DNA of 64,000 nucleotides from Laetmonice hystrix (taxonomy: Eukaryota): NCBI GenBank assembly GCA_965235115.1, contig OZ249451.1, positions 1,798,001 to 1,862,000 of the forward strand. Reading direction: 5' to 3'. The notes below the pieces were generated by a model. The model had not been told where the DNA came from and did no database searches. It worked only from the letters and a program-made list of their open reading frames with translations. The stretch's first letter is position 1; each line of letters begins with the position of its first letter. This document shows positions 12,001 through 23,967 of this stretch, in pieces. The position numbers and the translations under genes are program-made.

Positions 12001-15000
12001 CAAGGCCAACGAGGTGAAGCTGGAGCTCCAGGATCTCAAGGTCAAAGAGGAGAACAAGGTAAGGTGTCACCCTCTCAAGGAATCAGGAGGTCACATATAT
12101 AAAACGATTATAAATACCACTAAAAAACAACCCTCATTGGAAAAAGTGTCAATGTAATACAATATTATATTATATTTTAACTTTTATAGGATCACCGGGT
12201 ACACCTGGATCTGCTGGTCAACGAGGAGAAGCAGGACCTCAAGGTGCCCGAGGTGAACCAGGAACAGCTGGTAGCCCTGGACAGCGTGGAGAACAAGGCC
12301 AACGTGGAGAGGCTGGACAGCGCGGCACAGCAGGCGAGCGAGGACAGCCTGGTTCACCTGGTCAGAGAGGCCAGAGAGGTGAGGCCGGCCAACCAGGACC
12401 AGCTGGACCTGATGGACAACCTGGATCACCTGGTACACGTGGAGAACGTGGAGAACGTGGAGAAGCAGGCCAGCGTGGAGAAGCTGGATCTGCTGGAGCA
12501 CCAGGATCCGCAGGACCACAGGGACCACAGGGAAGTCGCGGAGAAGCAGGGCCACAAGGACAACGTGGAGAACAGGGTGCAAGGTTTGTATTTCACTTTA
12601 TTACTATTATTATATAATTTCATTATTTTATAATCCACATAAAAGCATGCACACCGGTCTTGACGTTATGGAAATTGTGTTGAACAGCCGTTCATTTATT
12701 TCATTTCTAAAACAGAGGCGAGGCTGGCTCAGCTGGCACTCCAGGATCAAGAGGAGAGCCTGGCGCCCCGGGATCAAGTGGTCAACGTGGAGAGGCAGGA
12801 CCGCAAGGCGCACCTGGAACCCCTGGCAGTCAGGGACAACAGGGACAGCGTGGAGAACAAGGTGCCCGTGGTGAGGCTGGTGAACGTGGTCAGGCAGGTC
12901 AGCCTGGCTCACCTGGACAACGGGGACAACGTGGTGAGGCTGGTCCGCAAGGTCCATCTGGATCCGCTGGTACACCAGGACAGAGAGGAGAGCGTGGAGA
13001 AGGAGGACAACGGGGCGAACCAGGATCTCCAGGTTTGTGTTGATTGTAATGTCAAGTTAATTTACGAATGAACATGGTGAGAAAACGTTTTAGCTTATGA
13101 ATGATGCCATCGGTATTGGCATTCCATGACACTTGGAATTTATCTTATTTTTATAATCTAGGGTCTGCTGGACAACCTGGATCACCTGGCCAACGTGGTG
13201 AACGAGGTGAACCAGGTCAAGCTGGTGCAGCAGGACAGCCAGGGCCACAAGGAGCTCGAGGCGAAGCTGGGCAAGCAGGAGAGGCCGGACCACGCGGTGA
13301 AGCTGGACAACGTGGTGAGGCTGGAACACCTGGTAGTCAAGGACAGCGGGGTGAACAAGGCGCACAAGGCCAGCCTGGAACACCTGGTAGTCAAGGACAG
13401 CGGGGTGAGCGAGGTGAAGCTGGAACGGCTGGAACGCCTGGCCAACGTGGAGAACAAGGAGCACGAGGTGAACCTGGCCGGGATGGATCACCTGGGTCCC
13501 CTGGATCCCGAGGTGAACCTGGATCAGCCGGATCACCAGGCAGTCAAGGCTCACCGGGTCCCCGAGGCGAACCTGGTCAACGTGGTGAACCAGGCCAGGC
13601 AGGCGAACCTGGATCCCCTGGATCTCAAGGAGAGAGGGGTGAAAGAGGCCCACAAGGAGGAAGAGGACTGCCAGGTTCACAAGGACAACGAGGCGAACAA
13701 GGCGGAGCAGGAACCCAAGGAGCTAGAGGAGAGCAAGGAGCTAGAGGAGAAGCTGGACAGCCTGGATCCGCAGGTAAGTGTACATGGAAATTCACATTTT
13801 GAGGTATAATATGATATTTTGCTTCAGCACAATATTTTTATTGAATGGAATTAAAACAATACATCTGTTTTCAGGACAACGAGGCGCACAAGGGCCACAA
13901 GGACAGCGTGGCGAGGCAGGCACACAAGGCAGTCCTGGTCAAGCTGGTTCACCAGGACCTCAGGGACAACGTGGTGAAGCCGGTCAGCGTGGTGCGGATG
14001 GACGACCTGGAGCACCAGGGCAACGTGGAGAACCAGGAACACCTGGATCCCAAGGCCAACGTGGTGAACGGGGAGAAGCTGGGCAGGCAGGTACATCCGG
14101 ACAACCCGGACCTCAGGGACCACAGGGACAACGTGGTGAACAGGGAGCACGTGGTGAGGCTGGTCAGTCCGGAGAGCCTGGACAGCCTGGACCTCAGGGA
14201 CCACGTGGAGAGTCCGGTCTTGCTGGACCAGCTGGACAACCAGGATCACCTGGACAAGCTGGAGAAGCTGGCACACCTGGGCAGAGAGGAGAACAAGGTC
14301 AACAAGGCGCCCAAGGACAACGGGGTGAAGCAGGTTCTGCTGGAGCGAGAGGAGAGGCTGGACCACAAGGACCTCGTGGTGAGGCTGGACAGGCTGGTAC
14401 ACCAGGACAGAGAGGAGAACAAGGTGCCCGTGGAGAACAAGGTGCTCGTGGAGAGTCTGGTGAACCCGGAAGACAAGGTACGGACATTATCTCCCATATT
14501 GTAGCTCCCCGTTATCCCTAATTATCTTAAGAATAAGGCGCGGGATTTCTGGGTTGTATTTCGAAAAGCATTAAAAAAATTTGAAGGATCAATTTCCTTA
14601 GACATCTGTTACACTTATGTTCCTCTTGAAATATATTGAATTAAGCACTAAAGTTTTTATGTTAAGGTGGATATCTGAAGAGAACAACAGCTAATTTTAC
14701 CGGGTTTTCTTGTGAGCAGGATCAGCTGGCAGTCCCGGATCGCCTGGGCAGCGTGGAGAGGCGGGATCCCCAGGATCACAGGGTAGCAGAGGAGAACCTG
14801 GACAACGTGGAGAGGCTGGACCGGCAGGCTCCCCTGGACAACGTGGCGAGAGAGGACAGGACGGACAACCTGGCTCGGCTGGACCACAGGGACCACAAGG
14901 GCCACGTGGTGAACCTGGAGCCCAGGGATCCGCTGGTCAACGTGGTGAACCTGGACTTGCTGGTTCTCCTGGTCAGCGTGGTGAGCGTGGTGAAGCTGGG

Positions 15001-18000
15001 TCTGCAGGTCTAAGTGGACCTGCTGGACCTGCAGGACAACGTGGACAACCAGGATCAAGAGGAGAGCCAGGACAGCGCGGTGAACCTGGAAGCCCAGGTT
15101 CTCAGGGAGAGCGTGGACAAGCAGGGTCACCTGGTCTGCAGGGTAGACGAGGTGAGGCTGGACAACAGGGCCGTCAAGGAGAACGTGGACTACCAGGAGA
15201 GCAAGGACAACGTGGTGAAGGTGGACAGCGAGGCGAGATTGGGCCTGGAGGACCTCCAGGTATGCATTTTTCTTATTAATTTCTTATTTATGCAGTTTGC
15301 ACTGTAGAAAATTGCCACAAAAATAGAAAAGTGAAACCTAAAATCTGACAAAACAACGACCTAGTTTGCTCAATATGCCTGTGTGCTAATTAACATGTAT
15401 TTTTTATTTAGTTCTTGACATTTCTTTTCTACTATTAAATGGCAAGATTCTAGCGGATGTTTGGCCTATACTAATCCTATAATTCCTTGGATGCAGGTTC
15501 CGCCGGACAAGCTGGACCACCAGGACAACGTGGCGAAGCCGGGCCAAGTGGACAACCTGGCCCAGCAGGACAACCAGGACCTCAAGGCTCACGAGGTGAA
15601 TCCGGACAGCGTGGAGAACAAGGATCGCGAGGAGAAGCTGGACCACAAGGACCTCCCGGAGAACAAGGTTCACAGGGAACACTTGGAGAACCAGGACCTC
15701 CGGGACAAAGTGGAGGTATTGGTCAACCGGGACCTGCCGGTCCAAGAGGAGAAGGCGGACCACCAGGTCAACGTGGTGAAGCTGGCCCACCTGGGCAACG
15801 TGGAGAAGGTGGAAGACCAGGTCCGTCCGGACCGCCTGGTCAACGTGGAGAGGCTGGACCGGCTGGACCTTCGGGAGCTATAGGTGAAAGTGGTCCACAG
15901 GGTACCCGTGGAGAGCCTGGACCTGCAGGCCAGCGTGGAGAAGCAGGTGAAAGAGGACAACCAGGTTTAGGTGGACCTCTTGGACAACCTGGACCTGCCG
16001 GTCCACTAGGTCCAAGCGGCCCTCGAGGAGAGGCTGGGTTACCTGGCGAAGCGGGACCAGCTGGACCAGCAGGACAAAGAGGACAGCCTGGCCCACCTGG
16101 GCCTAGCGGACCTCAGGGAGAACGAGGGTCAGGTGGACCACCAGGACCATCTGGACCACTTGGACCCCCTGGACCTAGTGGTCCACGCGGTGAGGTCGGA
16201 GGACCTGGCCAATCAGGTCCACCTGGCGGCACTGGACTTCCAGGCCCACAAGGACAACGTGGTGAGCAAGGTCAACGAGGAGAAGCTGGACCACCTGGAC
16301 CGAGAGGGCAACCTGGACCTGGTGGACCACTCGGCCCGGCAGGACCTAGAGGTGAGCGTGGAGAAGGCGGGCCTCTTGGGCCTAGTGGACCACCCGGAGA
16401 ATCTGGTCCATCAGGGCCAGCTGGCGAAAGAGGTCCATCTGGACAGTCAGGTCAGCCTGGACGACCGGGTCCACCAGGACCACTTGGACCAGCAGGACCG
16501 GCAGGACCTCAAGGTGAGCGCGGACCACCTGGGTCACAGGGACCGAGAGGAGAAGGTGGCGAGCGTGGACCTGCTGGCGAACGAGGTGGACCTGGTCTCC
16601 GAGGATCCAGTGGAGAACGTGGAGGTGCTGGACCACCTGGGCCACAAGGACGTGCAGGTGAGTCCCATTCTGTGTAAATAACGCTATTTGAAACAACATT
16701 ATGATATATTTTATTCTATTCAATCGTTTAACCAATCTTTACTTTTGTTTTCAAAAGGCGAACGTGGACAACTTGGCAGTCCTGGTGCGACCGGCCAGAG
16801 AGGTCCACCTGGAGAATCTGGAAATGCTGGACCAAGAGGAGAGAGAGGTCCAGCTGGTCCCTCCGGACAGAACGGTTTGGGTGGACCTCCTGGTGGTCCT
16901 GGTGAGCCTGGACCTCAAGGACAGCGTGGAGAACGTGGAGAACGTGGATCACAGGGAGAACAAGGACGTCCAGGTCAGTTCTTCTAGTCTAGTCACAAAA
17001 ATAAATAAATCTACTTTTTGTTTTCTTTATATTCTTTAGATTTCACTAAAGAAATCTGAGTACAACAAAGCACAACAAAAATACTGACACCATGGTGTAA
17101 AAAAAATCCAGGTGAGCAAGGCCAGGCTGGACCACTTGGTCCCAATGGAAGACCGGGATCAACGGGATCGACTGGACCACGGGGACCTCCGGGACCAGAG
17201 GGCCGAGCCGGCCCCTCTGGCCCACGTGGACAGGTTGGATCACAAGGAACTAGAGGAGAACAAGGTACAAGAGGAGAACAAGGAGGGCGAGGACAGCCTG
17301 GACGGCCAGGAGAGAGAGGAAGCCCAGGTAAGCAACATTCCAGATTATGTCACAGTGTTTACCAAGAAAACTCCAGACCTACGTGTTATCAACTGAGGAT
17401 TTATAAGATTATGTCACAGTGTTTACCAAGAAAACTCCAGACCTACGTGTTATCAACTGAGGATTTATAAGATTATGTCACAGTGTTTACCAAGAAAACT
17501 CCAGACCTACGTGTTATCAACTGGGGATTTATAAGATTATGTCACAGTGTTTACCAAGAAAACTCCAGACCTACGTGTTATCAACTGAGGATTTATAAGA
17601 TTATGTCACAGTGTTTACCAAGAAAACTCCAGACCTACGTGTTATCAACTGAGGATTTATAAGGTGTCATTCTGATACCCCTGAAGCTATTTCATTATTT
17701 TCTTTTATTGTATACAGGAGCAACTGGATCTACGGGCTCAGAAGGAGCAACTGGGCCATCGGGTCCACAAGGCCGCAGAGGAGGACCTGGCCCACGTGGT
17801 CCTAACGGTCTCACTGGATCTAATGGCAGACCTGGCTTTACTGGAGCCACTGGAGTCAGAGGTTCGTTAGTTTAATAATTGTACACACACCATGCATTTA
17901 GTATAGGAACGAGCATACATTGAATTCCGCGCGTGAAAGACATGCACGTTAAAAACGATCTCTCATGCCCAATATCCGTGTTTACCTGCAGGACCGAGAG

Positions 18001-19345
18001 GCGGAGATGGAAATGCGGGACCACGTGGACCGACGGGAGCCACGGGACCGACAGGCCGCATGGGTAGGACCGGCGCCACTGGACCGGTTGGTCGTGACGG
18101 CCGCACTGGTGTCCGTGGTCCGACGGGAGTCATTGGCCCACGTGGTGCACGTGGACAGGCTGGTCTTGGTGCTCTTGGTAAGTCATCTATTTACCATTCT
18201 GTCTCTTGGATCTAACGAACTTCACTCAGAGGGGAGATGTCACAATTACATGATAGCAAGGTTTCCGCCAGAGGGTAAAATGGGTAAAATTCCGTACCCT
18301 AAAATTTTTCCAGGGTACGGATCCGTACCCTCAAAATCGTTGGTTAACCATTTTTCCATGAAGTGATAAAAAACATCCCCATGATGCCTTGATCAACTTG
18401 AAGGAATCAAATATAATGTTGTACAGTATAATGCAGTCTTTATTTGATTAATTCAGATACACCCCTCCTCTGGTCCGTACCCTAAATTTTTTTCTGGCGG
18501 AAACCCTGGACAGTCTAACTTGTCAACGGCAGTGGTGGTGGGGGGGGGGGGGGAAATGCCCTGAGATTTATTTTTTAATTCTGGTTGCGCTTCTGGTTCA
18601 TGGCTAATTAGGTCATCTGGCCAAATAAGAACCCGTTCTTTTTACGTCATGGGTTATTTAATTTTTAATTATACTCGCAAATATATTTCCCCAAAAAAAT
18701 GATTTTAAAAATTAATATTTGCCCTTTTTACAACGAATCTTTCGTCCTCTTTTTCTAGCTCTTGGACAGAAGATGGCGAAGGGAGAACAAGACGTTATGC
18801 GAGAGCAGAACATCTTGAAGAAGATGTCCGCTAAATCCAACACGTTCGCCGTGGGAATGGCAGCGTGGGCTGGTATCGTCACAATCGCCCTCATAGTCAT
18901 CGTGGCGATCGTCTACAGAAGAATCAAGTCGAATCGCCCAGGATCGTCGGCCGAGTCCGTGTATTCCGACGCAGAGTCAGGTTCCAACTCAGGTTCCTCC
19001 TTTGCCTACGACCGTTCCAGCGTTGTTGACATTGCGTCCAGTTGCGGGGATGGGGAGACGAACGACGGCTTCACAGAGGACCTACCTACAGCTCCGGTAG
19101 CCATGCCGGCCGAGGTCCGACAATTGGACAGCGAACTGAACGAGAAAACACTACGACACATTGCCGGACTCCACGAGGAGGGTGACGAGGACGACGACGA
19201 CGCCGCGTCTGTCGCCGACGTGCACGGTCAAGGTCAAAACAAGGGCGACGCCAACCACCTGACGACGTCCCGTCATCAGTTCCGCCATGCGCCTTTCAAA
19301 GGACTGCACGTGAACGAGAACCCAGGAGGGTCATCCTTCCTCTAA
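1..19345 (+). CDS. Gene A: giant membrane-anchored (type I) collagen, 5'-partial; 28 exons, about 4,770 aa in window, about 1,520 Gly-X-Y triplets + neck + TM + 142-aa cytoplasmic tail
   Basis: Hand-derived exons: <1-699, 861-1175, 1358-1789, 1896-2228, 2347-2886, 3124-4023, 4138-4542, 4726-5193, 5431-6015, 6140-6742, 6860-7318, 7579-8298, 8513-8889, 9115-9331, 9521-10573, 10692-11465, 11609-12058, 12190-12583, 12716-13032, 13162-13773, 13875-14477, 14720-15259, 15497-16657, 16758-16973, 17112-17327, 17718-17861, 17992-18177, 18759-19345 (TAA). All introns are GT-AG. 25 of 27 are phase 1 (all but the last split a Gly codon). Internal collagen exons are multiples of 9 nt, singly or as pairs around the phase-0/2 introns. 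The spliced frame is a Gly-X-Y repeat ([15 protein letters not shown]). Confidence 0.93.
17342..17661. repeat. Intronic minisatellite, 5 x 64 bp
   Basis: Unit agattatgtcacagtgtttaccaagaaaactccagacctacgtgttatcaactgaggatttata starts at 17342, 17406, 17470, 17534 and 17598. Copies are near identical. Confidence 0.95.
18257..18508. mobile_element. MITE-like element in the last intron of gene A
   Basis: 15-bp terminal inverted repeats caaggtttccgccag / ctggcggaaaccctg (14/15 match) and repeated internal ccgtaccct motifs in both orientations. No target-site duplication found. Confidence 0.55.
18759..19345 (+). CDS. Gene A terminal non-collagenous exon: neck, transmembrane helix, cytoplasmic tail ending ...GGSSFL
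   Basis: Acceptor ttttctag|CT at 18758/18759 joins in phase 1 to the exon ending ...GQAGLGAL-G|gtaagt (18177). It reads [58 protein letters not shown]..., the same frame as ORF 18719..19345. Confidence 0.9.
18845..18916 (+). other. Predicted transmembrane helix of collagen A ([24 protein letters not shown])
   Basis: 24 uncharged, mostly aliphatic residues followed directly by RRIK (positive-inside rule gives a cytoplasmic C-terminus). Confidence 0.88.
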
Positions 19346-21135
19346 AAGCCACAAGGTGGCGCCTTCGACGCACAGCGCATGCGTACTTTCTTTCGACTCT
19401 TAACCGTTAAAATGTTTGGATGGATGAATGGTATTTTTACAAGCTAATGAGGGGGCAAAAGGAGGTAGTTTCATACAGAACATTAACTCGGACTGCATAT
19501 CACTGAACTCCACTCAGCTGAAACATAGTCGTACCGTGACTGCCGCTCAGTTTATTAACCCTTGAACTGTGTTAATCTGGTGTTAGAATCTGCCACAGAA
19601 GTCAGGCTTTGATTGAAATACTCTCTCGGGCCACATTCATCCTTAGTCTTGTGTCCACTGCTGGTGAAATGAATGTTACCTGGCTGTAAGATGCATCTAT
19701 AGAAGGCTATAAATCGCTCAAATTCATTAGAAATAGAATTTGGCAAGTTGGGGCGGGAGCGTCGAGAGATTGTCACACTCTAAACAAAATCATTTCCGCA
19801 TTTATAATGCATCAGAAGTTAAAGGAAACATATATTATGCAATATTATCGAATTGTGCTTTGTTAACCTACGCAGTGTATATGTATTGGCTATAAGATGG
19901 TAAATAACTTATTGAGGTTTCTACACGGTGTCGGCCTACCGTTGGCGCACCTTGAACCCAGTATGCTGTAAGCAGCCCCCCAGTGCTCTAGTGAAGGGCT
20001 TGAGTCGCTCTACTGTCTCCAAGCCAAGCGTAGGCCAAATGGTTAAATCGTAACAATACCCGCGCCCACACCACTATCAGTAATATAGAACGCTTGGATC
20101 ATTACGTTAACCAACCTATAGATGAATCCAGAGGCTAAGTCTCAATTAGAGATTATTGAATTTAGTTAGTCCGTTTGAGTTTGGTGTCTGTTTGTACGCT
20201 CACTTAATCGACAGCCTCTATTTTGTGTCATGGAACTCTGGAAAATTTCTAGAGGGCTCCATATCAGCGTGTGTGTGGGTGTGTGTGTTTGTGTGTGTGG
20301 GTGGGCTTTCTCGGCGGCGAGACCAGCATTTGACATCGAGGTGCTGGAATTCATGCTAAACTTCCTAACTGGCATACATACTGACCCGTAAAGTATATGG
20401 TTTAGTACAAGCTGTTTAAATCCGGTGAGTGTTTTTTGTAGAACGGATATGCAGCCTTTTGTTCATACTATTGTAAGTACATTATCTCACTCAAGTCTTT
20501 CAGATGTTAGGGCGAACCATAAACTTAATAACCCGCAGATTTCCCATGCCATTGTGACGGGAACGTTAACCTAGGATATCACTATGATTCCCCAAGGACT
20601 TATTGTAAGCGCCAACTGCCATTCCGTTATAATATGCTCACCCGGCTGCAGTCTGTGATACATTGGTCGCGCATGCGTACAAATCTACTCTTACACACCT
20701 AAAAATGCCGAACCAGCAATCAACGGAGGTTTGGCTCCCGCCCAACGAGACCTACTGAGTGGTTATGTAACATTTGCATGCTTGGTAGAACGAGTCGGAG
20801 TTTTGTGTACGATTACGTAGCCGCGCGCGTGGAAGAAAAGCAATATTCAGTGGGATTCGGCCTTTAAGACCAGTGCAATCCAAATACACATGTGCAACCT
20901 GTAATTGGGTTTCAATAATCCATCCTTTAATTTCATGAAATTCATCCAGGCGTCCAGGCAATAATCAGAATGCTGACAGAGAGCGTTTATGTGTTTAATA
21001 CAAGCGCACCGTTATGGTAATATGCAGCCGTTATTAACAATGTCACGGTACTTCCATATATATGTATGTATAGGGGCATCATGCTTTCGTCAACGTTAAC
21101 CGAAATAATCGCCTCGAGTAATGAAAATAAAACAT

Positions 21136-21497
21136 ATTTTGTATAACAATTACTGGCTATATGTTGTTTATTGATAATAATCAATCAATCAATGATAATA
21201 ATCAATCAATCAATGATAATAATCAATCAATCAATGATAATAATCAATCAATCAATGATATGTCAGCGAAAAGCACACGGACACAGATAAATGCATACTG
21301 ATGACACATTGAGGCTACACAAACACATAGATTCTATACATACAAACATATATTGTATAACAATTACTGGCTATATGTTGTTTATTGATAATAATCAATG
21401 ATATGTCAGCGAAAAGCACACCGACACAGATAATGCATATTGATGACACATTGAGGCTACACAAACACATAGATTCTATACATACAAACATATATTA
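21136..21497. repeat. Tandem duplication of about 145 bp; the first copy carries a 21-bp (aatcaatcaatcaatgataat) x4 expansion
   Basis: ataacaattactggctatatgttgtttattgata...gatatgtcagcgaaaagcaca...gaggctacacaaacacatagattctatacatacaaac occurs twice. Confidence 0.8.
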
Positions 21498-22650
21498 TAC
21501 ATGTACACATATACATTATACATACACGTTTACATGCATGAAGGCCTACATCTAGGTAAAAAGCAAGTTGGCGACGTAAATTGCGATATCATACATAACG
21601 AGCGATACGATAGTATCGCGATACATAACAAAAGATACGATACGTATCACGATACATAACAAACGATATGATACATTATGACGATCGTTTTCGAGTTATA
21701 TTTGATTTATGGTTAGACTGCCACATAGAATCGGGAATCAGAAGCTTGGGTCAAAATACTCTTTGTGAACTTTTCCAGCGACCGATGGTACCTGTCACGG
21801 AGGAATCAGGTTCTGTGGCTAGAATGTCTCAGGACCTGAGATGCTGAGATTTGCCTGGCAGATAGTCGGATAGTCGTATTGCCGTTACCGTACGCATGTG
21901 TACACATTCACTGGATTTCATTTTGGGGATTTTTTTTGGCCGCTGCCGCATTACCGCATTATCGTTGCCGTTGCCGCAAAAACGGTAGATGTGTTCACAG
22001 CTTTACACCCTCACCTCTCCAAGTGGACACGTCAACCAACCTCTTCGTACTGTCAGGTTTTCAACAGCGGTTTTCAACATATATCCCCCTCAGGTCGAGG
22101 ACCACAGAAGGGGTGTGTGCATACAATTAATGCTATTCTAGGATAAAAACAAAGTCCCGCCGAAATTAAAAGTATTCAAGTACTACAGGTCATGAGTAAA
22201 GATTTAAGACAAATTTTGATTGATATTTTACGTCTGTAAAATTTGTTTTAGTGAACATACACAGATATTTTGAAAATCACCCAGCAAAATTGCGAGGTGT
22301 GCTTACTCTCCACATTGCAGTCACGTGTGCATGGTTTGATACCTGTTTGATATGCAAATAAGAGTGCCAGTCGCAGGAATAGACTATTGTTAGACGCTCT
22401 ATTGTTGGGCCTTTTGTTCTACGATTCACTGACGTGTGAAGAAATTGTAAGCCTAGCTTTGCCTGTATGAAACCTGTCGATCTATACGTATATCTAGCCA
22501 TCATAATGTGTAGTTAGCTTTTAGGAAAGTATGGGCGCAATGAAATGCCTCCAACCACCGGAGCTACAAAGCTCTGCTACGGGGTCGGGTACATACTCCC
22601 CCAACCCAGAAAAATATTGAAAGAAAAGTTCATTGCTTCCTACGACCCTC

Positions 22651-22900
22651 GCGCCTTCGGTGTTCGCGGGACACCAAACATCAGCCACTCTCAGCCCCCC
22701 CCCCCCCAACCAACCAACCAACAAAAGCTTCTCACGCCTTCGGTGTTCGCGGGACACCAAACATCAGCCACTCTCAGCCCCCCCCCCCCCCCCCCCCAAC
22801 CAACCAACAAAAGCTTCCGACGCGCAAGGCATTTGAGGCCAGTGCCACACCCCGGGGGCCGGGTATCAATATTTGAGGCCAGTGCCACACCCCGGGTATC
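22651..22900. repeat. Short direct duplications with poly-C tracts
   Basis: cgccttcggtgttcgcgggacaccaaacatcagccactctcag(c)n...aaccaacaaaagctt x2, followed by atttgaggccagtgccacaccccggg x2. Confidence 0.75.
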
Positions 22901-23017
22901 AATATCATCCGATCGAACCCCCTCCTTGCCCCCCCCCCCCCCCATTTCCTAAATCCTGGTTGTAAGACCGACTGACCATCCGCCCAGTGAAGGATAACCG
23001 TTTGCTCGTCTAGAGGG

Positions 23018-23553
23018 CGGCGGCTGTCCGTATTCCCGATACTCGCTCTGAGTCAGGCCGCCCGTATTCCCGATACTCGCTCTGAGTCAGGTGTTCAAGT
23101 CAACGTGCGGCGGCCGCCCGTATTCCCGATACTCGCTCTGAGTCAGGCCGCCCGTATTCCCGATACTCGCTCTGAGTCAGGCCGCCCGTATTCCCGATAC
23201 TCGCTCTGAGTCAGGCCGCCCGTATTCCCGATACTCGCTCTGAGTCAGGCCGCCCGTATTCCCGATACTCGCTCTGAGTCAGGCCGCCCGTATTCCCGAT
23301 ACTCGCTCTGAGTCAGGCCGCCCGTATTCCCGATACTCGCTCTGAGTCAGGCCGCCCGTATTCCCGATACTCGCTCTGAGTCAGGCCGCCCGTATTCCCG
23401 ATACTCGCCCTGAGTCAGGCGTTCAAGTCAACGTGCGGCGGCCGCCCGTATTCCCGATACTCGCCCTGAGTCAGGCCGCCCGTATTCCCGATACTAGCTC
23501 TAAGTCAGGTGTTCAGGTCAACGTGCATGCGGCGGCCGCCCGTATTCCCGATA
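23018..23553. repeat. Intergenic minisatellite, about 14 x 34 bp, with a recurring 21-23 bp insert
   Basis: Unit ggccgcccgtattcccgatactcgctctgagtca. A gtgttcaagtcaacgtgcggc-like insert recurs at about 23091, 23420 and 23508. Confidence 0.92.
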
Positions 23554-23691
23554 CGGGAGTCCACAGTTAGCGGTTCGTTGGAGCCAGAAATACCGGTTTG
23601 GTTGACGTTAGTGGGATAATTCCCCCAGAATAACTTCTCCACAAAATTTGTGGGCAGGGGTTCGGGTTAAGGTCAGGGCTAAAACACGGCG

Positions 23692-23778
23692 TGAACACCC
23701 CCTGTGCCCCCTGGAACCACCCCTGTCATTCGAACACCCCTGTGCCCCCTGGAACCACCCCTGTCATTCGAACACCCC
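23692..23778. repeat. Direct repeat, 2 x 38 bp
   Basis: aacacccctgtgccccctggaaccacccctgtcattcg twice in tandem. Confidence 0.8.
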
Positions 23779-23967
23779 ATGATGTTACCTCGTCAGACGA
23801 GCCCTTCCAACAATGGGCAGAGGTTATGCATGACTGATCGAGGCTGTAGTCGTGGATATGTTGTAGTACGGGGGGGGGAGTTACAGCCGTGGTCAGTCTA
23901 TTCATCAGTAGGCCTCACTCTTTGAAGCAACTCTCAGGGTTGTCAAACAAGTCGAAGGGTAGAGGTC

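Noticed and set aside
28-16681. Long + strand ORFs rich in Q, D, L, V, E, H (e.g. 28..708, 3148..4110, 9548..10597)
   Set aside because: These are shifted frames of Gly-X-Y exons; repeated GGN codons remove stops from the neighbouring frame. They end at intron edges and have no independent coding signal.
327-16735. Many minus-strand ORFs over gene A, and plus-strand Pro/Ser-rich ORFs over gene B ([10 protein letters not shown] type)
   Set aside because: Antisense shadows of the collagen codons, not separate genes.
17965-18366. 133-aa ORF spanning the last collagen exon of A
   Set aside because: Out-of-frame reading of exon 17992-18177 running on into intron and MITE sequence.
21584-21690. 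Degenerate gatacgatac/cataac repeats
   Set aside because: Possibly an internal part of a DNA transposon, but no termini or TSD could be identified.
23018-23553. Possible CRISPR array (34-bp repeats with occasional inserts)
   Set aside because: The units are contiguous, the inserts are copies of one sequence rather than unique spacers, there are no cas genes, and the context is eukaryotic.
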